The position numbers and the translations under genes are program-made. DNA of 64,000 nucleotides from Zoogloea oleivorans (GTDB taxonomy: Bacteria; Pseudomonadota; Gammaproteobacteria; Burkholderiales; Rhodocyclaceae). Where the stretch lies: contig JAOAUC010000046.1 in the NCBI GenBank assembly GCA_030157785.1, forward strand, positions 45,713-109,712, written 5' to 3'. Each line of letters starts with the position of its first letter. The first letter of the stretch is position 1. The notes under the pieces were generated by a model that was given only the letters and a program-made list of their open reading frames with translations, was not told where the DNA came from and ran no database searches. Positions 1 to 10,748 of the stretch are shown in pieces.

Positions 1-1
1 T

Positions 2-3000
2 GGTGCACTGCTCGATGCCAATGGCGACGGCACGGCCGGTGGAAGCTTTACTACAACTTTCACCACGGTCAGCACTGCAGGTATCGCCGGCACCAAGCTG
101 GTCGGCAAGGTCGTCGATCCGGGTGTTGACCTGGAACCGATGACCTTCGACGATATCCGCCGCGGGCCCGATGGTGTCATCCATACCGCCGACGATGTCT
201 TCCTCAACCCCATCGCCCATGCCAAGGTGTGGATCCTCGGCCAGGAAGACAAGTTCGTCTATACCGATGTCAATGGCAATTTCGAACTGGCCGATGTGCC
301 GGTGGGCACCGTCAAGGTTGCCATTGACGGCCGCACGGCCACCAATGCGCCCACTGGCGTCTTCTTCCCCGAGATGGTGATGGACGTCACCCTGCGCCCC
401 GGCGTCACCAACACGATTATGGACAGCATGGGTACGACCCAGGAGCAACTGGCCAATCAGGGGCGCCCGGAAATCTATTTGCCGCGGGTGCCGACCAGCA
501 TCCTGCAGACGGTGAGTAACACCGGCACGACAACCGTCACGGTAGATGAGACGGGCGCACCGCAGCTAACCGACGAGGAACGGGCCAACCTGAAGATGGT
601 GGTGGCACCGGGTAGCGCCATCGGTGAGAACGGGCAGATCCTGAACAACGTCCAGATCGGCATGAGCACGGTGCCGCCCGAACTGGTGCAGGACATGCTG
701 CCGCCCGGGGTGTTGCAGCACACCTTCGATATCACCATTCAGGCGCCGGGCGTGACGGCTTTCGCTCAGCCGGTGCAGATTACCTTCCCGAATGTCTTCA
801 ACGCGGCGCCCGGGACCAAGCTCAATATTTTGTCCTTCGATCACACTACTGGGAAACTGGTGATCAATGGGACAGCGACTGTTTCGGCGGATGGGAAGTC
901 AGTAACTTCGGATGAGGGTTCGGGCATTAGGGCGCCGGGGTGGCATGGATTGGCAGCACTTGGTGCTTTGCTACGCAACCTATTTCCTGGATTTGCCGAT
1001 TGGCTCGACGATCCGTGTGTCAACGCGGCACTGAAGCTAGGAAGTACCGTCGCTGGGGTAGTTGGACTAGCAGCATCATCACCCGCCTGGGCTACAGGCG
1101 CCGCAGTCGCTGGCGTCGGTTTTGGTGTGGCAGCATTCGCTAGCGATGTGCTGATGGATCAAACTCCCGAAAGTGGCGGGAAATTCAATGCGTCTGGCGC
1201 AGTTGCAAACTACTATGGCAAGCGAGGTGCCGCAGAATACCAGCGTATAAATGACAAGATTGTTAGGGTAAGTGCTTACGGCAGTACTTCCACTTCGGGG
1301 CTTTCTCAAGTTGAGCTTGACAACAAAGCAAGAATACTCAACAGGCTTGATGGAATAAATGGTGCGCGCCAAGCCGCCGGCGCACAGGCTGGCTTACGTA
1401 ATTTAGGCAAAGCGTTAGGTGCGATTGGAACTGCGATCAATTTTGGAGAAACCATTCAAGCAGCCGCAAATTGTCTAGGCTCAAATCCTCCTAGCACGCC
1501 TGCGCCATTACGTAATGCTGTAACTGGAGTGCAGCAATTCGGACGAGAATTGCTTGACAAGATGGAATCCATCCAAAAAGCGATCGATGAAGCCTTTGAT
1601 GAAGTAATCGCAGATGGCATTCAGCGCGAACTGGGTGAGGGTCCTGATGGCAGCCTTTGGTGCACGTCCGATGGCTCTGACATTCTTGTATTCGATGGAG
1701 AAGGCGACCCGATCATCGACCCGAGTACAGGCGCTCAGAAGCGAATCCCTATCCAGTCAGTGATTTCACCCGATGTACGTCAGCCAGGTGACGCATATAA
1801 CCGATATCTCAATGCTATACAAAAAGCGCAACATCGAATAAACGGTGCCCCAGATAATGGGGGGCAACCTAATTCCGATCAGTCACTAGACAAGTATCTG
1901 GAACGTTTTCTCCGATCCATAGAAGCACTAACTGCGGTGCTTTACGAATCGGTAGTGCCATCTGGCGGTGATACAACCCCACGCGATCTCTGTGTTCTTG
2001 TACAGGATTCAACAAGTGGAAATGTGGTCTTCCAAGGATCCTATTCATCTATCGTTCAGGAACCGCTTCTACTAGGTGCGAATCGAGCCTTCACAATAGA
2101 GTTGTTTTCCCTTGGCAAACATGTCTATGGAGAGCAAACAATAATCGTTCCATCAGGTGTGAGCCAGGTCGGTAGTCAATATGTTGCGTCAGCGGCATCG
2201 ACAATTCCGCTCATGCGAGATATCTCGCCCGATAGTGACGGAGATGGTCTTTCCGATAACGGTGAGCGAGTTTGTGGAACGAATGCCAATAGTGGCGATA
2301 GCGATCTCGATGGTATTAGTGACCTAGCTGAATTGTTGGCCGGCACCAGCCCTCTCGACGGTCGGCCTCGCGCCACCGGTGTCTTGGCGACATTACCCGT
2401 AAGTGGTGAAGCCAAAGCGATCAGTCCCGACGAGTCTCTGTCGTTAAATACGGAAATAATCGCTGTAGCAACCGGCTCACATGGCGTTTCATTTGTCGAC
2501 GTCAGCCGTGCTGACAAACCATCTGTGCTGCGCGAGGTTGACCTGCCCGGCGACTCCACTGACATCGCCTTCGACGGTGTCCTGGGTTACGCAGCGGTAG
2601 CGTCCAATGCCGACGGCCTGAGTCTGGTCGATCTGAACGGCACCGTGCGTAATGTCGCCATTAACGCGCACGTTGTCGAGATTGTCGATGGCATTGTCTA
2701 CGCCAACAACGGCGGTGAAATGCGCGCTTACGACCTGCTCACTGGCGAGCGCCTGCAAACCCTGTCGCTGGGCATGTCGCCCATCGTGAGTTTAGCGCGT
2801 GATGGTCAAACCCTCTATACCATCGACAGCAACCGCTTGCTGCGTGTGGTCGATCTATCGAGTGGTTCCATGGTGGCACGCGGCAGCGTGGTGTCACCTG
2901 CCGCGGCCTCCAGTTTGTTTGCTGCGAACGGCGTTGTATATGCGGCTGCCGAGGGTAGTTTCGCCGGCGGTTACGCAACCATCGACGTATCGAACCCCGA

Positions 3001-6000
3001 TGCGCCGAAGCTGCTGAGCGGCATCGACGCCAACAGCCTGGCAGCAAAGGCCATCGCATTGAACGGTTCCGGTCTGGCAGTGAGCGTCGGCAGCCCCGGC
3101 CGTTTCGGTAATCTCATCCAAGTACTGGATGCCAGCGATCCGACGAATACAGGTGCCTTCCTGACACAATACACCTTGGCTGTAGACCCATACGACGTCT
3201 CGATCGCTGCGGGTCTAGCTTATGTGGCTGACGGTACCGGTGGGCTCGTTGTGGTCAATTATCGGGCCTTTGACACGCAAGGCCAGGCACCGGTGGTTTC
3301 GGCGACCGCTAAGGTTGCCGACCTCGACCCGAATACTGACGGTATTCAGGTGCAGGAAGGCAAGACGATTCAAATCGTCCCCACGGTCACTGATGACGTA
3401 CAGGTGCGCGACGTTGCCTTGCTGTTGAATGGCAAGGTGGTGCGCGACGACTTGTCCTTCCCCTTTGATTTGAGCGTCAATTTGCCCACCATCGCCGCCA
3501 ATGGCGGCAATACGGTGACCTTGCAGGTTCGGGCGACCGATACCGGTGGCAATTCCAGCCTCTCCGCTCCCATCGTGCTCAAGCTGGTCCCGGATACGGT
3601 GGCGCCTGTCCTGGTTTCCAGCAATGTGACGGAAGGCACCAGCAAGGGTCGCAGTTTCCGGGCGATCGACCTGGTGTTCTCCGAATCGCTGGATGCGGCG
3701 ACGATCAACGCCAGCACCGTGCGCCTGATCGGGCCTGATGGCAATGCTGTGCCCGCTTCGCAGATTCAGTTCCGGCAGTCGGGACGCGAGGTTCAACTCA
3801 CTTTCGATCCGCTGCCGCTGATCGGCAATTACCGTCTGGTGATCGATGCCGCTTCGGTAACTGACCGCGCCGGCAATGCTCTGGGTGCCGCACAGCTGGT
3901 GACCAACTTTACGGTCAAATCCTACTCGGCGGAATGGGTGGGCCCGGCAGGCGGCTTCTGGGATGTGGCAGCCAACTGGAGTAACGGTGTCGTGCCGACG
4001 GTTGGCGACGATGTTTTTGTGGGTCTGCCGGCCGGAGCCAGTATTACCTTCCGTAGTGGCACCATTTCCGTCGCCACGCTAACCAGTGATGCTCTGATTA
4101 ATGTTACGGGTGGCAGTCTGACGGTGATTGGTGAAAGCCAGTTGCGCAGCGGATTGCATCTGACCAATGGCAGCTTTACGTTTGCCGGTGACGGCAGCGT
4201 GGCTGGCGGTTTGCAGGTCGCCGGCGGTACCTTGACGGCCAATGGCGCACTGGATGTAGATACGCTCAGCTTGAGCGGCGGCGCTGTGACCGGTTCTGCC
4301 ACAATCAATGTTGCGCGTGGTTCGACTTGGTCCGGTGGTACGTTGCGAGGCACAGGCAGCATCAATTTCAACGGAGACCTGGCCATTGCCGGCACTGCCA
4401 CCAAGCTCATCCTGGATGGTCGGGTGATCAGCCTGAACGCCACCACGACGTGGGGCGGCAACACGGCGGTGAATAATAACCGGATCTGGTTTGGTGCCGG
4501 CACGATCAACAACAACGGCACCTTCATCGACGCCAATGGTTTCTCCACCTGGATGGAGAACTACTACAGCGGCACGATGGTATTCAACAACGCCGGCACC
4601 TACCGCAAGACCACGGCGACCACCAGTACACTGGATCTGCAGTTCAACAACACCGGCACGGTGGACCTGCAGGCTGGGGTGTTCGACTTGTTCGGTGGCA
4701 GTAACCAGGCTTCGAGTGTGCTGCTCGATAGCGATGCCACGCTGCTGTTCCGGGGCGGCACGCACACGCTGAACGGCTTGACGGTGACCGGTGCAGGGCG
4801 CTTTGAAGTGGGAGGCACCTACGATAGCTCGACCAACGTCATCCAGACCGGCAATCTGACCCTGGCCGGCCAGTTGGCGCTGACCGGTGGCACCCTCACC
4901 AACAGCGGCACCCTGAACGTGGCGAGTTTCGCGCAAACGGATGGCGACAGCGTCTTGACCGGTGCGGGCACCTTGACGGTGGCCGAAGCGGCGACCTGGA
5001 GTGCAGGCGTCCTGCGCGGCACCGGCACACTCAACTTCAACGGCGACCTGGCAATCAGCGGGGACGCCTACAAGTACATCTTCGATGGCCGGGTGATCAA
5101 CCTGGGCGGCACCACCACATGGAGCGGCAACACGGTGGCCGGCAGCAACCGGCTGCGCTTTGGCGCGGGCACCATCAACAACGCGGGCACCTTCATTGAC
5201 GCCAACGTCTTCAACAGCTTCATGGAGAACTACTACAGCGGCACGTTGGCGTTCAACAACACGGGCACCTTCCGCAAGCTCAACGCCACCACGACAACAC
5301 TGGACCTGAACTTCGACAACAGCGGCACGACGGACATCCGGGCCGGCGTGTTTGATCTGACCGGCAACAGCACGCAGGCATCCGAAGTGCAACTGGCCAG
5401 CGCCGCCACGCTGCGCTTCCGTGCCGGCACTCACGACCTCACCGGGCTGACGGTGACCGGCGACGGCACCGTCGAGGTGGCGGGGACCTACGACAGCTCC
5501 ACCAACGTCATCCAGAACGGCAACCTGACGCTGGCCGGCGGGCTGCTGCTGAGCGGCGGCACGCTCACCAGCAACGGCACGCTGGCGGTGGCGAGTTTCG
5601 TGCAGAGCGACAGCGACAGTGTGCTCACCGGTGCCGGCATCGTGAGCGTGGCGGGTGCGGCGACCTGGAGTGCAGGCGTCCTGCGCGGCACCGGCACACT
5701 CAACTTCAACGGCGACCTGGCAATCAGCGGGGACGCCTACAAGTACATCTTCGATGGCCGGGTGATCAACCTGGGCGGCACCACCACATGGAGCGGCAAC
5801 ACGGTGGCCGGCAGCAACCGGCTGCGCTTTGGCGCGGGCACCATCAACAACGCGGGCACCTTCATCGACGCCAACGTCTTCAACAGCTTCATGGAGAACT
5901 ACTACAGCGGTACGCTGGCGTTCAACAACACGGGCACCTTCCGTAAAGGCAATGACAGCATTACCGCGCTGGATGTGGTCTTCAATAATGAGGGCACACT

Positions 6001-6673
6001 TGATGTGCAGCGCGGAACCGCCAGTCTGTTCAATGGCGGCATCAGTGACGGCAGTTTCAGCATTGCGGCAGGCGCAACTCTGCGCCTCGGTGGCGGCACG
6101 CACGTCTGGCAAGCCGATGCGGTGGTGGCAAGCGAAGGTTCCTTGCTCATTGATCGGGTCAGCTCGTCCAATCAGGGAAGCCTGTCCATGCTGGGCAACG
6201 TAAGTGTGCAGAGTCTCGACCTCCGTGTGGGAGGCGCCCTGGCAGGTACCGGCACGCTGACGATTACCGGTACGGGGAGTGAATGGACGGGCGGCCTGAT
6301 GACAGGTGGGGGCACCACGAAACTGGCCGTTGGGGCAGACCTGACCCTGTCTGGCAACGACCGCAAGTACCTGGGCAACCGGACCATCGAGAACCTGGGC
6401 ACCCTGATCGAAGCGAGTACCGGTGATCTGGTGGACTTCGAGGGTGCCGCGGTGCTCAACAACGCCGGTGTCTTCGACATCCGCAGCGACATCGCCTGGC
6501 AGAACTACACAGGGGCGAGCGGCAGCCTGACGCTGAACAACAGTGGCACGCTGAAGAAGAGCGCCGGGGTGGGGACGTTCACCTTGGCTGTGCTTGCTTT
6601 CAGCAATAAGGGAAGCATCGAGGTAAAGAGCGGTACGCTGAAGATCGGCACAAACATTTTCACGGTTCCGTGA
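2..6673 (+). CDS. Giant surface/secreted repetitive protein, 5'-truncated by the window (Ig-like and LVIVD/propeller-like regions, Ca-binding DxDxDG motif, C-terminal Gly/Thr/Asn beta-helix-like repeats)
   Basis: Frame is open from base 2 (GALLDANGDGTAGGSF...), so the ATG at 140 is internal; >2200 aa; DSDGDGLSD motif, LVIVD-like AYVADGTGGLVVV, Ig-like FSESLDAATI..VTDRAGN, repeated TWSGG/NNxGTF units. Confidence 0.85.
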   Translation, partial: GALLDANGDGTAGGSFTTTFTTVSTAGIAGTKLVGKVVDPGVDLEPMTFDDIRRGPDGVIHTADDVFLNPIAHAKVWILGQEDKFVYTDVNGNFELADVPVGTVKVAIDGRTATNAPTGVFFPEMVMDVTLRPGVTNTIMDSMGTTQEQLANQGRPEIYLPRVPTSILQTVSNTGTTTVTVDETGAPQLTDEERANLKMVVAPGSAIGENGQILNNVQIGMSTVPPELVQDMLPPGVLQHTFDITIQAPGVTAFAQPVQITFPNVFNAAPGTKLNILSFDHTTGKLVINGTATVSADGKSVTSDEGSGIRAPGWHGLAALGALLRNLFPGFADWLDDPCVNAALKLGSTVAGVVGLAASSPAWATGAAVAGVGFGVAAFASDVLMDQTPESGGKFNASGAVANYYGKRGAAEYQRINDKIVRVSAYGSTSTSGLSQVELDNKARILNRLDGINGARQAAGAQAGLRNLGKALGAIGTAINFGETIQAAANCLGSNPPSTPAPLRNAVTGVQQFGRELLDKMESIQKAIDEAFDEVIADGIQRELGEGPDGSLWCTSDGSDILVFDGEGDPIIDPSTGAQKRIPIQSVISPDVRQPGDAYNRYLNAIQKAQHRINGAPDNGGQPNSDQSLDKYLERFLRSIEALTAVLYESVVPSGGDTTPRDLCVLVQDSTSGNVVFQGSYSSIVQEPLLLGANRAFTIELFSLGKHVYGEQTIIVPSGVSQVGSQYVASAASTIPLMRDISPDSDGDGLSDNGERVCGTNANSGDSDLDGISDLAELLAGTSPLDGRPRATGVLATLPVSGEAKAISPDESLSLNTEIIAVATGSHGVSFVDVSRADKPSVLREVDLPGDSTDIAFDGVLGYAAVASNADGLSLVDLNGTVRNVAINAHVVEIVDGIVYANNGGEMRAYDLLTGERLQTLSLGMSPIVSLARDGQTLYTIDSNRLLRVVDLSSGSMVARGSVVSPAAASSLFAANGVVYAAAEGSFAGGYATIDVSNPDAPKLLSGIDANSLAAKAIALNGSGLAVSVGSPGRFGNLIQVLDASDPTNTGAFLTQYTLAVDPYDVSIAAGLAYVADGTGGLVVVNYRAFDTQGQAPVVSATAKVADLDPNTDGIQVQEGKTIQIVPTVTDDVQVRDVALLLNGKVVRDDLSFPFDLSVNLPTIAANGGNTVTLQVRATDTGGNSSLSAPIVLKLVPDTVAPVLVSSNVTEGTSKGRSFRAIDLVFSESLDAATINASTVRLIGPDGNAVPASQIQFRQSGREVQLTFDPLPLIGNYRLVIDAASVTDRAGNALGAAQLVTNFTVKSYSAEWVGPAGGFWDVAANWSNGVVPTVGDDVFVGLPAGASITFRSGTISVATLTSDALINVTGGSLTVIGESQLRSGLHLTNGSFTFAGDGSVAGGLQVAGGTLTANGALDVDTLSLSGGAVTGSATINVARGSTWSGGTLRGTGSINFNGDLAIAGTATKLILDGRVISLNATTTWGGNTAVNNNRIWFGAGTINNNGTFIDANGFSTWMENYYSGTMVFNNAGTYRKTTATTSTLDLQFNNTGTVDLQAGVFDLFGGSNQASSVLLDSDATLLFRGGTHTLNGLTVTGAGRFEVGGTYDSSTNVIQTGNLTLAGQLALTGGTLTNSGTLNVASFAQTDGDSVLTGAGTLTVAEAATWSAGVLRGTGTLNFNGDLAISGDAYKYIFDGRVINLGGTTTWSGNTVAGSNRLRFGAGTINNAGTFIDANVFNSFMENYYSGTLAFNNTGTFRKLNATTTTLDLNFDNSGTTDIRAGVFDLTGNSTQASEVQLASAATLRFRAGTHDLTGLTVTGDGTVEVAGTYDSSTNVIQNGNLTLAGGLLLSGGTLTSNGTLAVASFVQSDSDSVLTGAGIVSVAGAATWSAGVLRGTGTLNFNGDLAISGDAYKYIFDGRVINLGGTTTWSGNTVAGSNRLRFGAGTINNAGTFIDANVFNSFMENYYSGTLAFNNTGTFRKGNDSITALDVVFNNEGTLDVQRGTASLFNGGISDGSFSIAAGATLRLGGGTHVWQADAVVASEGSLLIDRVSSSNQGSLSMLGNVSVQSLDLRVGGALAGTGTLTITGTGSEWTGGLMTGGGTTKLAVGADLTLSGNDRKYLGNRTIENLGTLIEASTGDLVDFEGAAVLNNAGVFDIRSDIAWQNYTGASGSLTLNNSGTLKKSAGVGTFTLAVLAFSNKGSIEVKSGTLKIGTNIFTVP
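4988..5943 (+). repeat. Internal tandem duplication (669-bp / 223-aa period) in the giant exoprotein
   Basis: About 285 bp near-identical at 4988-5273 and 5657-5943 (gcgacctggagtgcaggcgtcctgcgcggcacc...); a more diverged third copy begins near 4320. Confidence 0.9.
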
Positions 6674-6770
6674 CATGTTGCTGACTTCATGCTGTGCAGG
6701 TTCCGGTCGTCGATGTACAACGGCTAAGATACGTGGCAGACCGCCATGAAATGGAAAGCCTTTTAGCCGC

Positions 6771-8588
6771 ATGACGCTATCGTTCCGTTCAGCCCCCGAC
6801 GCCCAATGGGGCGCCTTTGTCAGTGCCGATAATGCCGCCGACTTCTGCCGCAGCTGGCTGTCCCTGCAATGCGTGCAGGTCGGCGAGGTGCGGGCTGCCT
6901 TGCTGCTGCTGGAGCAGGGTGGCGGCACCTTTGTGCCGGCGGCGGTGTGGCCGACGGCCGAGACCGACGTCACCTACCTGGCCCCTGGCGCGCAGCAGTG
7001 CCTGGGCGAGCGGCGCGGCCTGATCCTGCGCGGGCAGACGGGTGCGGTGGTGATGGTGGCCTACCCGGTGGATATCGACGGGCGTTTGCACGGGGCGATT
7101 GTTCTTGACGTGAACGAGCGCCCCGACGAGGCTCTGCAGGGGGCCATGCGCGAGTTGCATTGGGGCGTCGGCTGGCTCGAAAGCCTGTTCCTGCGTCGTC
7201 AGGGGCAGGACAACATCCGCAGTCTCGAACGGGCCCGGACAGCCCTTGACGTGCTCGGCGTGGCCGCCGAGCAGCGGCGTCTTGAAGACCTTGGCCTCGC
7301 CGTCGTCAATGATCTGGCCAGCCGCTTCTCCTGCGACCGGGTGGCCTTTGGCGTTGATCGGCAGGGCCGGTCGCGCCTGGTGGCCTTGTCCCATTCGGCC
7401 TTCTTCGAGAAGAAGAGCCAGTTCGTCACGGCCCTTGAAAACGCCATGGACGAAACCCTCGACCAGCGCCGCAGCGTCAGCTGGCCGCCGGCCGGGGAAG
7501 AGGGCGCCGCGCTCACCGGCGTGGCCATCGCCCACCGGGATTTTGCTGCCCACCGGGCCGTGTGCTCGGTGCCCATGACGAGCCGTGGCAAGGGCATCGG
7601 TGTGCTGACTTTCGAGCGCAACGACGGCACGCCCTTTACGCCCGACGACATCCGCGGCTTCGAGGCCATCGGCGGCCTGCTCGGCCCGCTGGTCGAGAGC
7701 CGCATTGCCCTGCACCGCTGGTTTGCCGGCCGGGCCGCCGACAAGCTTCACGACTTCTGGCTGCACCTGAAAGACCCGCGGCGACCGGCCTTCCGGATCG
7801 GCGTGGCGGCGGGCGTGCTCTTTGTGCTGGCGATCCTGTTTATCGACGGGGATTACCGGATCAGCGCCAAGTCGGTGGTGGAGGGCGAGGTGCAGCGTTC
7901 CGTCGTCGCGCCCTTCGAAGGCTTCATCCGCGAGGCGCCGGTGCGGGCCGGCATGCTCGTCAAGAAGGGCCAGGTGCTGGCCACGCTGGATGACCGCGAT
8001 CTGCTGCTCGAAAAGCAGCGCTGGATGGCCGAGCGCGAGCAGCACGAACGGCGCTACCGGGACGCCCTGTCGAAGCACGAGCGGGCCAACGCGCATGTGT
8101 CGCTGGCCCAGATGGGCGAGTCCGAATCCCAGCTGGCGCTGGTGGACGAAAAGATCGTCCGCGCCAGCGTTGTGGCGCCCTTCGACGGCGTTGTCGTTAC
8201 CGGCGACCTGACCCAGCTCCTCGGCTCGCCGGTGGAGCAGGGCAAGCTGCTCTTTGAAGTGGCGCCGCTGGATGCCTACCGGGTCATCCTCAAGGTGGAT
8301 GACCGGGACATCCGCTACGTGAAGGCCGGCGAATCCGGCCGGCTGGTGCTCACCGGCATTACCGGCGAAGCCCTCGACTTCAAGGTGCACAACATTTCCA
8401 TGGCCCAGGCCGAAGAAGGCAAGAACCTCTTCCGCGTCGAGGCCAAGCTCGACCGCAGCGACATTCCGCTGCGCCCGGGCATGGAGGGCGTCGGCAAGAT
8501 CAGCGTGGGCGAACGTTCCTACGCGTGGATCTGGACCCACCGCCTGTTCGACTGGCTGCGCCTGCAGGCCTGGACCTGGCTGCCCTAG
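6771..8588 (+). CDS. GAF-domain HlyD-family periplasmic adaptor (membrane fusion protein)
   Basis: N-terminal GAF-like region, one TM segment, lipoyl/hairpin motifs VVAPFEGFI..VKKGQVLATLD and APFDGVV..GSPVEQGKLLFEVA, C-terminal LRPGMEG. Confidence 0.85.
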   Translation: MTLSFRSAPDAQWGAFVSADNAADFCRSWLSLQCVQVGEVRAALLLLEQGGGTFVPAAVWPTAETDVTYLAPGAQQCLGERRGLILRGQTGAVVMVAYPVDIDGRLHGAIVLDVNERPDEALQGAMRELHWGVGWLESLFLRRQGQDNIRSLERARTALDVLGVAAEQRRLEDLGLAVVNDLASRFSCDRVAFGVDRQGRSRLVALSHSAFFEKKSQFVTALENAMDETLDQRRSVSWPPAGEEGAALTGVAIAHRDFAAHRAVCSVPMTSRGKGIGVLTFERNDGTPFTPDDIRGFEAIGGLLGPLVESRIALHRWFAGRAADKLHDFWLHLKDPRRPAFRIGVAAGVLFVLAILFIDGDYRISAKSVVEGEVQRSVVAPFEGFIREAPVRAGMLVKKGQVLATLDDRDLLLEKQRWMAEREQHERRYRDALSKHERANAHVSLAQMGESESQLALVDEKIVRASVVAPFDGVVVTGDLTQLLGSPVEQGKLLFEVAPLDAYRVILKVDDRDIRYVKAGESGRLVLTGITGEALDFKVHNISMAQAEEGKNLFRVEAKLDRSDIPLRPGMEGVGKISVGERSYAWIWTHRLFDWLRLQAWTWLP

Positions 8589-8600
8589 GAGACGCGTCCC

Positions 8601-10748
8601 GTGGCCGGCTCCTTCCTCAGCGCCTCCTGGTATCGCGTGGCCGAATTGCGGCCGCAGTTGCGCAGCCATGCCCACGTGCATCGTCAGCGCTTTCGCGGCA
8701 AGGCCTGGTATGTGCTGCGCGACAGCGCCTCCGGCAAGCTGCACCGCTTCAGCCCCGGCGCCTACCAGGTTCTTCAGCTGATGGACGGGCGGCGCAGCAT
8801 CGACGGAATCTGGCAGGAGGTGGCGGCGGCCACCGGCGTGGACGCGCCGACCCAGGACGAGGTGATCGAGCTGCTCTCCAAGCTGCATGCGGGCGACCTG
8901 CTGCAAACCGATCTGCCCCCCGACGTGGCCGAACTCACCGAGCGCGGCGCCAAGCAAAAGCGCCAGAAGCGCCTGCAGAGCTTCATCAACCCCATGTCGA
9001 TCCGCATCCCCCTGTGGGATCCGGACCCTTTCCTCAATCGTACCTGGCCGGCCGTGGCCTGGCTGTTCGGCCCCGTCGGCATCGTCCTGTGGCTGCTGGC
9101 GCTTGTGCCGGCGCTGGTGATCGGGGCGATGCACTGGAACGAACTGACCGGCAGCCTGAGCGACCGGGTGCTGACCACCGACAATCTGGTGATGCTGCTC
9201 GTCGTCTACCCGGCGATCAAGCTGCTTCACGAGATGGGCCATGCCTACGCGGTGAAGTCGGGCGACGGCGAGGTGCACGAGATGGGCGTAATGCTCCTCG
9301 TGCTGGCGCCCATTCCCTACGTGGACGCCACGGCTTCCGGTGCCTTCCGCAGCAAGTGGCGGCGGGCCTTTGTGGGCGCAGCGGGGATGATGGTGGAGCT
9401 CTTTCTGGCGTCGCTGGCCGTGGTGGTGTGGGTGCTGGTCGAGCCCGGGCTGGTGCGCTCGGCGGCCTACAACGTGATCTTCGTGGCCGGCATGTCGACG
9501 CTGGTCTTCAACGGCAACCCGCTGCTGCGCTACGACGCTTATTACATCCTCGCCGACCTGATCGAGATTCCCAATCTGGCCCAGCGCGCCAACCAGTACT
9601 GGCAGTGGCTGGCCAAGCGCCACCTGTTTGGCGCCCGCGAGCTGGAGCGGCCCCAGGGCACGCCGGGCGAGCGGCGCTGGTTCCTGTTCTACGGCCCGGC
9701 ATCCTTCGTTTATCGCAGCTTCGTGATGATCGCCATCAGCCTGTTCATCGCCGGCGAGTTCTTCTTCATTGGCGTGGTGCTGGCGATCTGGGGGGCGATC
9801 ACGATGTTCGTGCTGCCGCTGGCCAAGGGGCTCAAGTACGTTCTTTCGAATGGCGAGATCCAGCGCCAGCGGCATCGCGCCATGCTGGTCACCTTTGGCG
9901 GGCTGGCGCTCTTCCTGCTGTTCGCCCTTGTGGTGCCGATGCCGCTGCGCACTCACGCGGAAGGCGTGGTGTGGGTGCCCGAAAATGCCGAGGTGCGGGC
10001 CCGCGGCAATGGTTTTGTGGAGCGCCTGATGGTGGCGCCGGATGCGTTGGTGAAGGAGGGCGACGTGCTTCTCGTCACTCGCGACCCGGCTCTCGACGCC
10101 GACGCCGTGCAACGCGGCGAGCGCGTTCGCCAGCTGGAGGTGCAGTACGCATCGCAGATGTTCGAGGAACGCCTGCAGGCCGCGGTGGTGGCCGAGGACC
10201 TGGCCCGCGAGCGGGTCGGGCTGGCACGCACCGAAGAGCGCCTTGGCGACCTGCTGCTTACCGCCGGCGTGTCGGGCCGCTTTCGCTTGCCCCGCGCCGA
10301 CGATCTGCCCGACCGTTACGTGAAGAAGGGCGAGCTGCTCGGCTACGTGCTCGCCGCGCCGCCGCGGATCGTGCGGGCCGTGGTGAGCCAGGACGACATC
10401 GCGCTGGTGCGCAACCGTCTTGCTGGCGTCGAGGTGAAGATTGCCGACCGGCTGGACGAAACCTGGACCGCACAGCTGATCCGCGAAGTCCCCGGCGGGC
10501 AGGACCAGCTCCCCAGCAAGGCCTTGTCGCTGGAGGGCGGCGGCATCCATGGCACCGATCCGCGTGATCCGGACGGGCTGCGTTCGCTGGAGCGCCTGTT
10601 CCAGTTTGACCTCGAACTGCCCGAAGGCGTGGGCGAACTGCAGCTCGGCACCCGTGTGCATGTGCGCTTCCGCCATGAGCCCGAGCCGCTGGCCAGCCAG
10701 TGGGGCCGGCGTCTGCGCCAGCTTTTCCTGTCGCGCTTCCATGTCTAG
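8601..10748 (+). CDS. PqqD-like N-terminal domain + M50 site-2 metalloprotease + HlyD-like domain fusion
   Basis: HEMGH (HExxH) and NGNPLLRYDAY motifs within TM segments; C-terminal lipoyl-type MFP motifs; GTG start after GGAG. Confidence 0.85.
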   Translation: MAGSFLSASWYRVAELRPQLRSHAHVHRQRFRGKAWYVLRDSASGKLHRFSPGAYQVLQLMDGRRSIDGIWQEVAAATGVDAPTQDEVIELLSKLHAGDLLQTDLPPDVAELTERGAKQKRQKRLQSFINPMSIRIPLWDPDPFLNRTWPAVAWLFGPVGIVLWLLALVPALVIGAMHWNELTGSLSDRVLTTDNLVMLLVVYPAIKLLHEMGHAYAVKSGDGEVHEMGVMLLVLAPIPYVDATASGAFRSKWRRAFVGAAGMMVELFLASLAVVVWVLVEPGLVRSAAYNVIFVAGMSTLVFNGNPLLRYDAYYILADLIEIPNLAQRANQYWQWLAKRHLFGARELERPQGTPGERRWFLFYGPASFVYRSFVMIAISLFIAGEFFFIGVVLAIWGAITMFVLPLAKGLKYVLSNGEIQRQRHRAMLVTFGGLALFLLFALVVPMPLRTHAEGVVWVPENAEVRARGNGFVERLMVAPDALVKEGDVLLVTRDPALDADAVQRGERVRQLEVQYASQMFEERLQAAVVAEDLARERVGLARTEERLGDLLLTAGVSGRFRLPRADDLPDRYVKKGELLGYVLAAPPRIVRAVVSQDDIALVRNRLAGVEVKIADRLDETWTAQLIREVPGGQDQLPSKALSLEGGGIHGTDPRDPDGLRSLERLFQFDLELPEGVGELQLGTRVHVRFRHEPEPLASQWGRRLRQLFLSRFHV

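Noticed and set aside
10549-10740. Extended N-terminus of the SecA-like ORF
   Set aside because: Overlaps the M50 gene by 200 bp; the ATG at 10741 gives typical coupling
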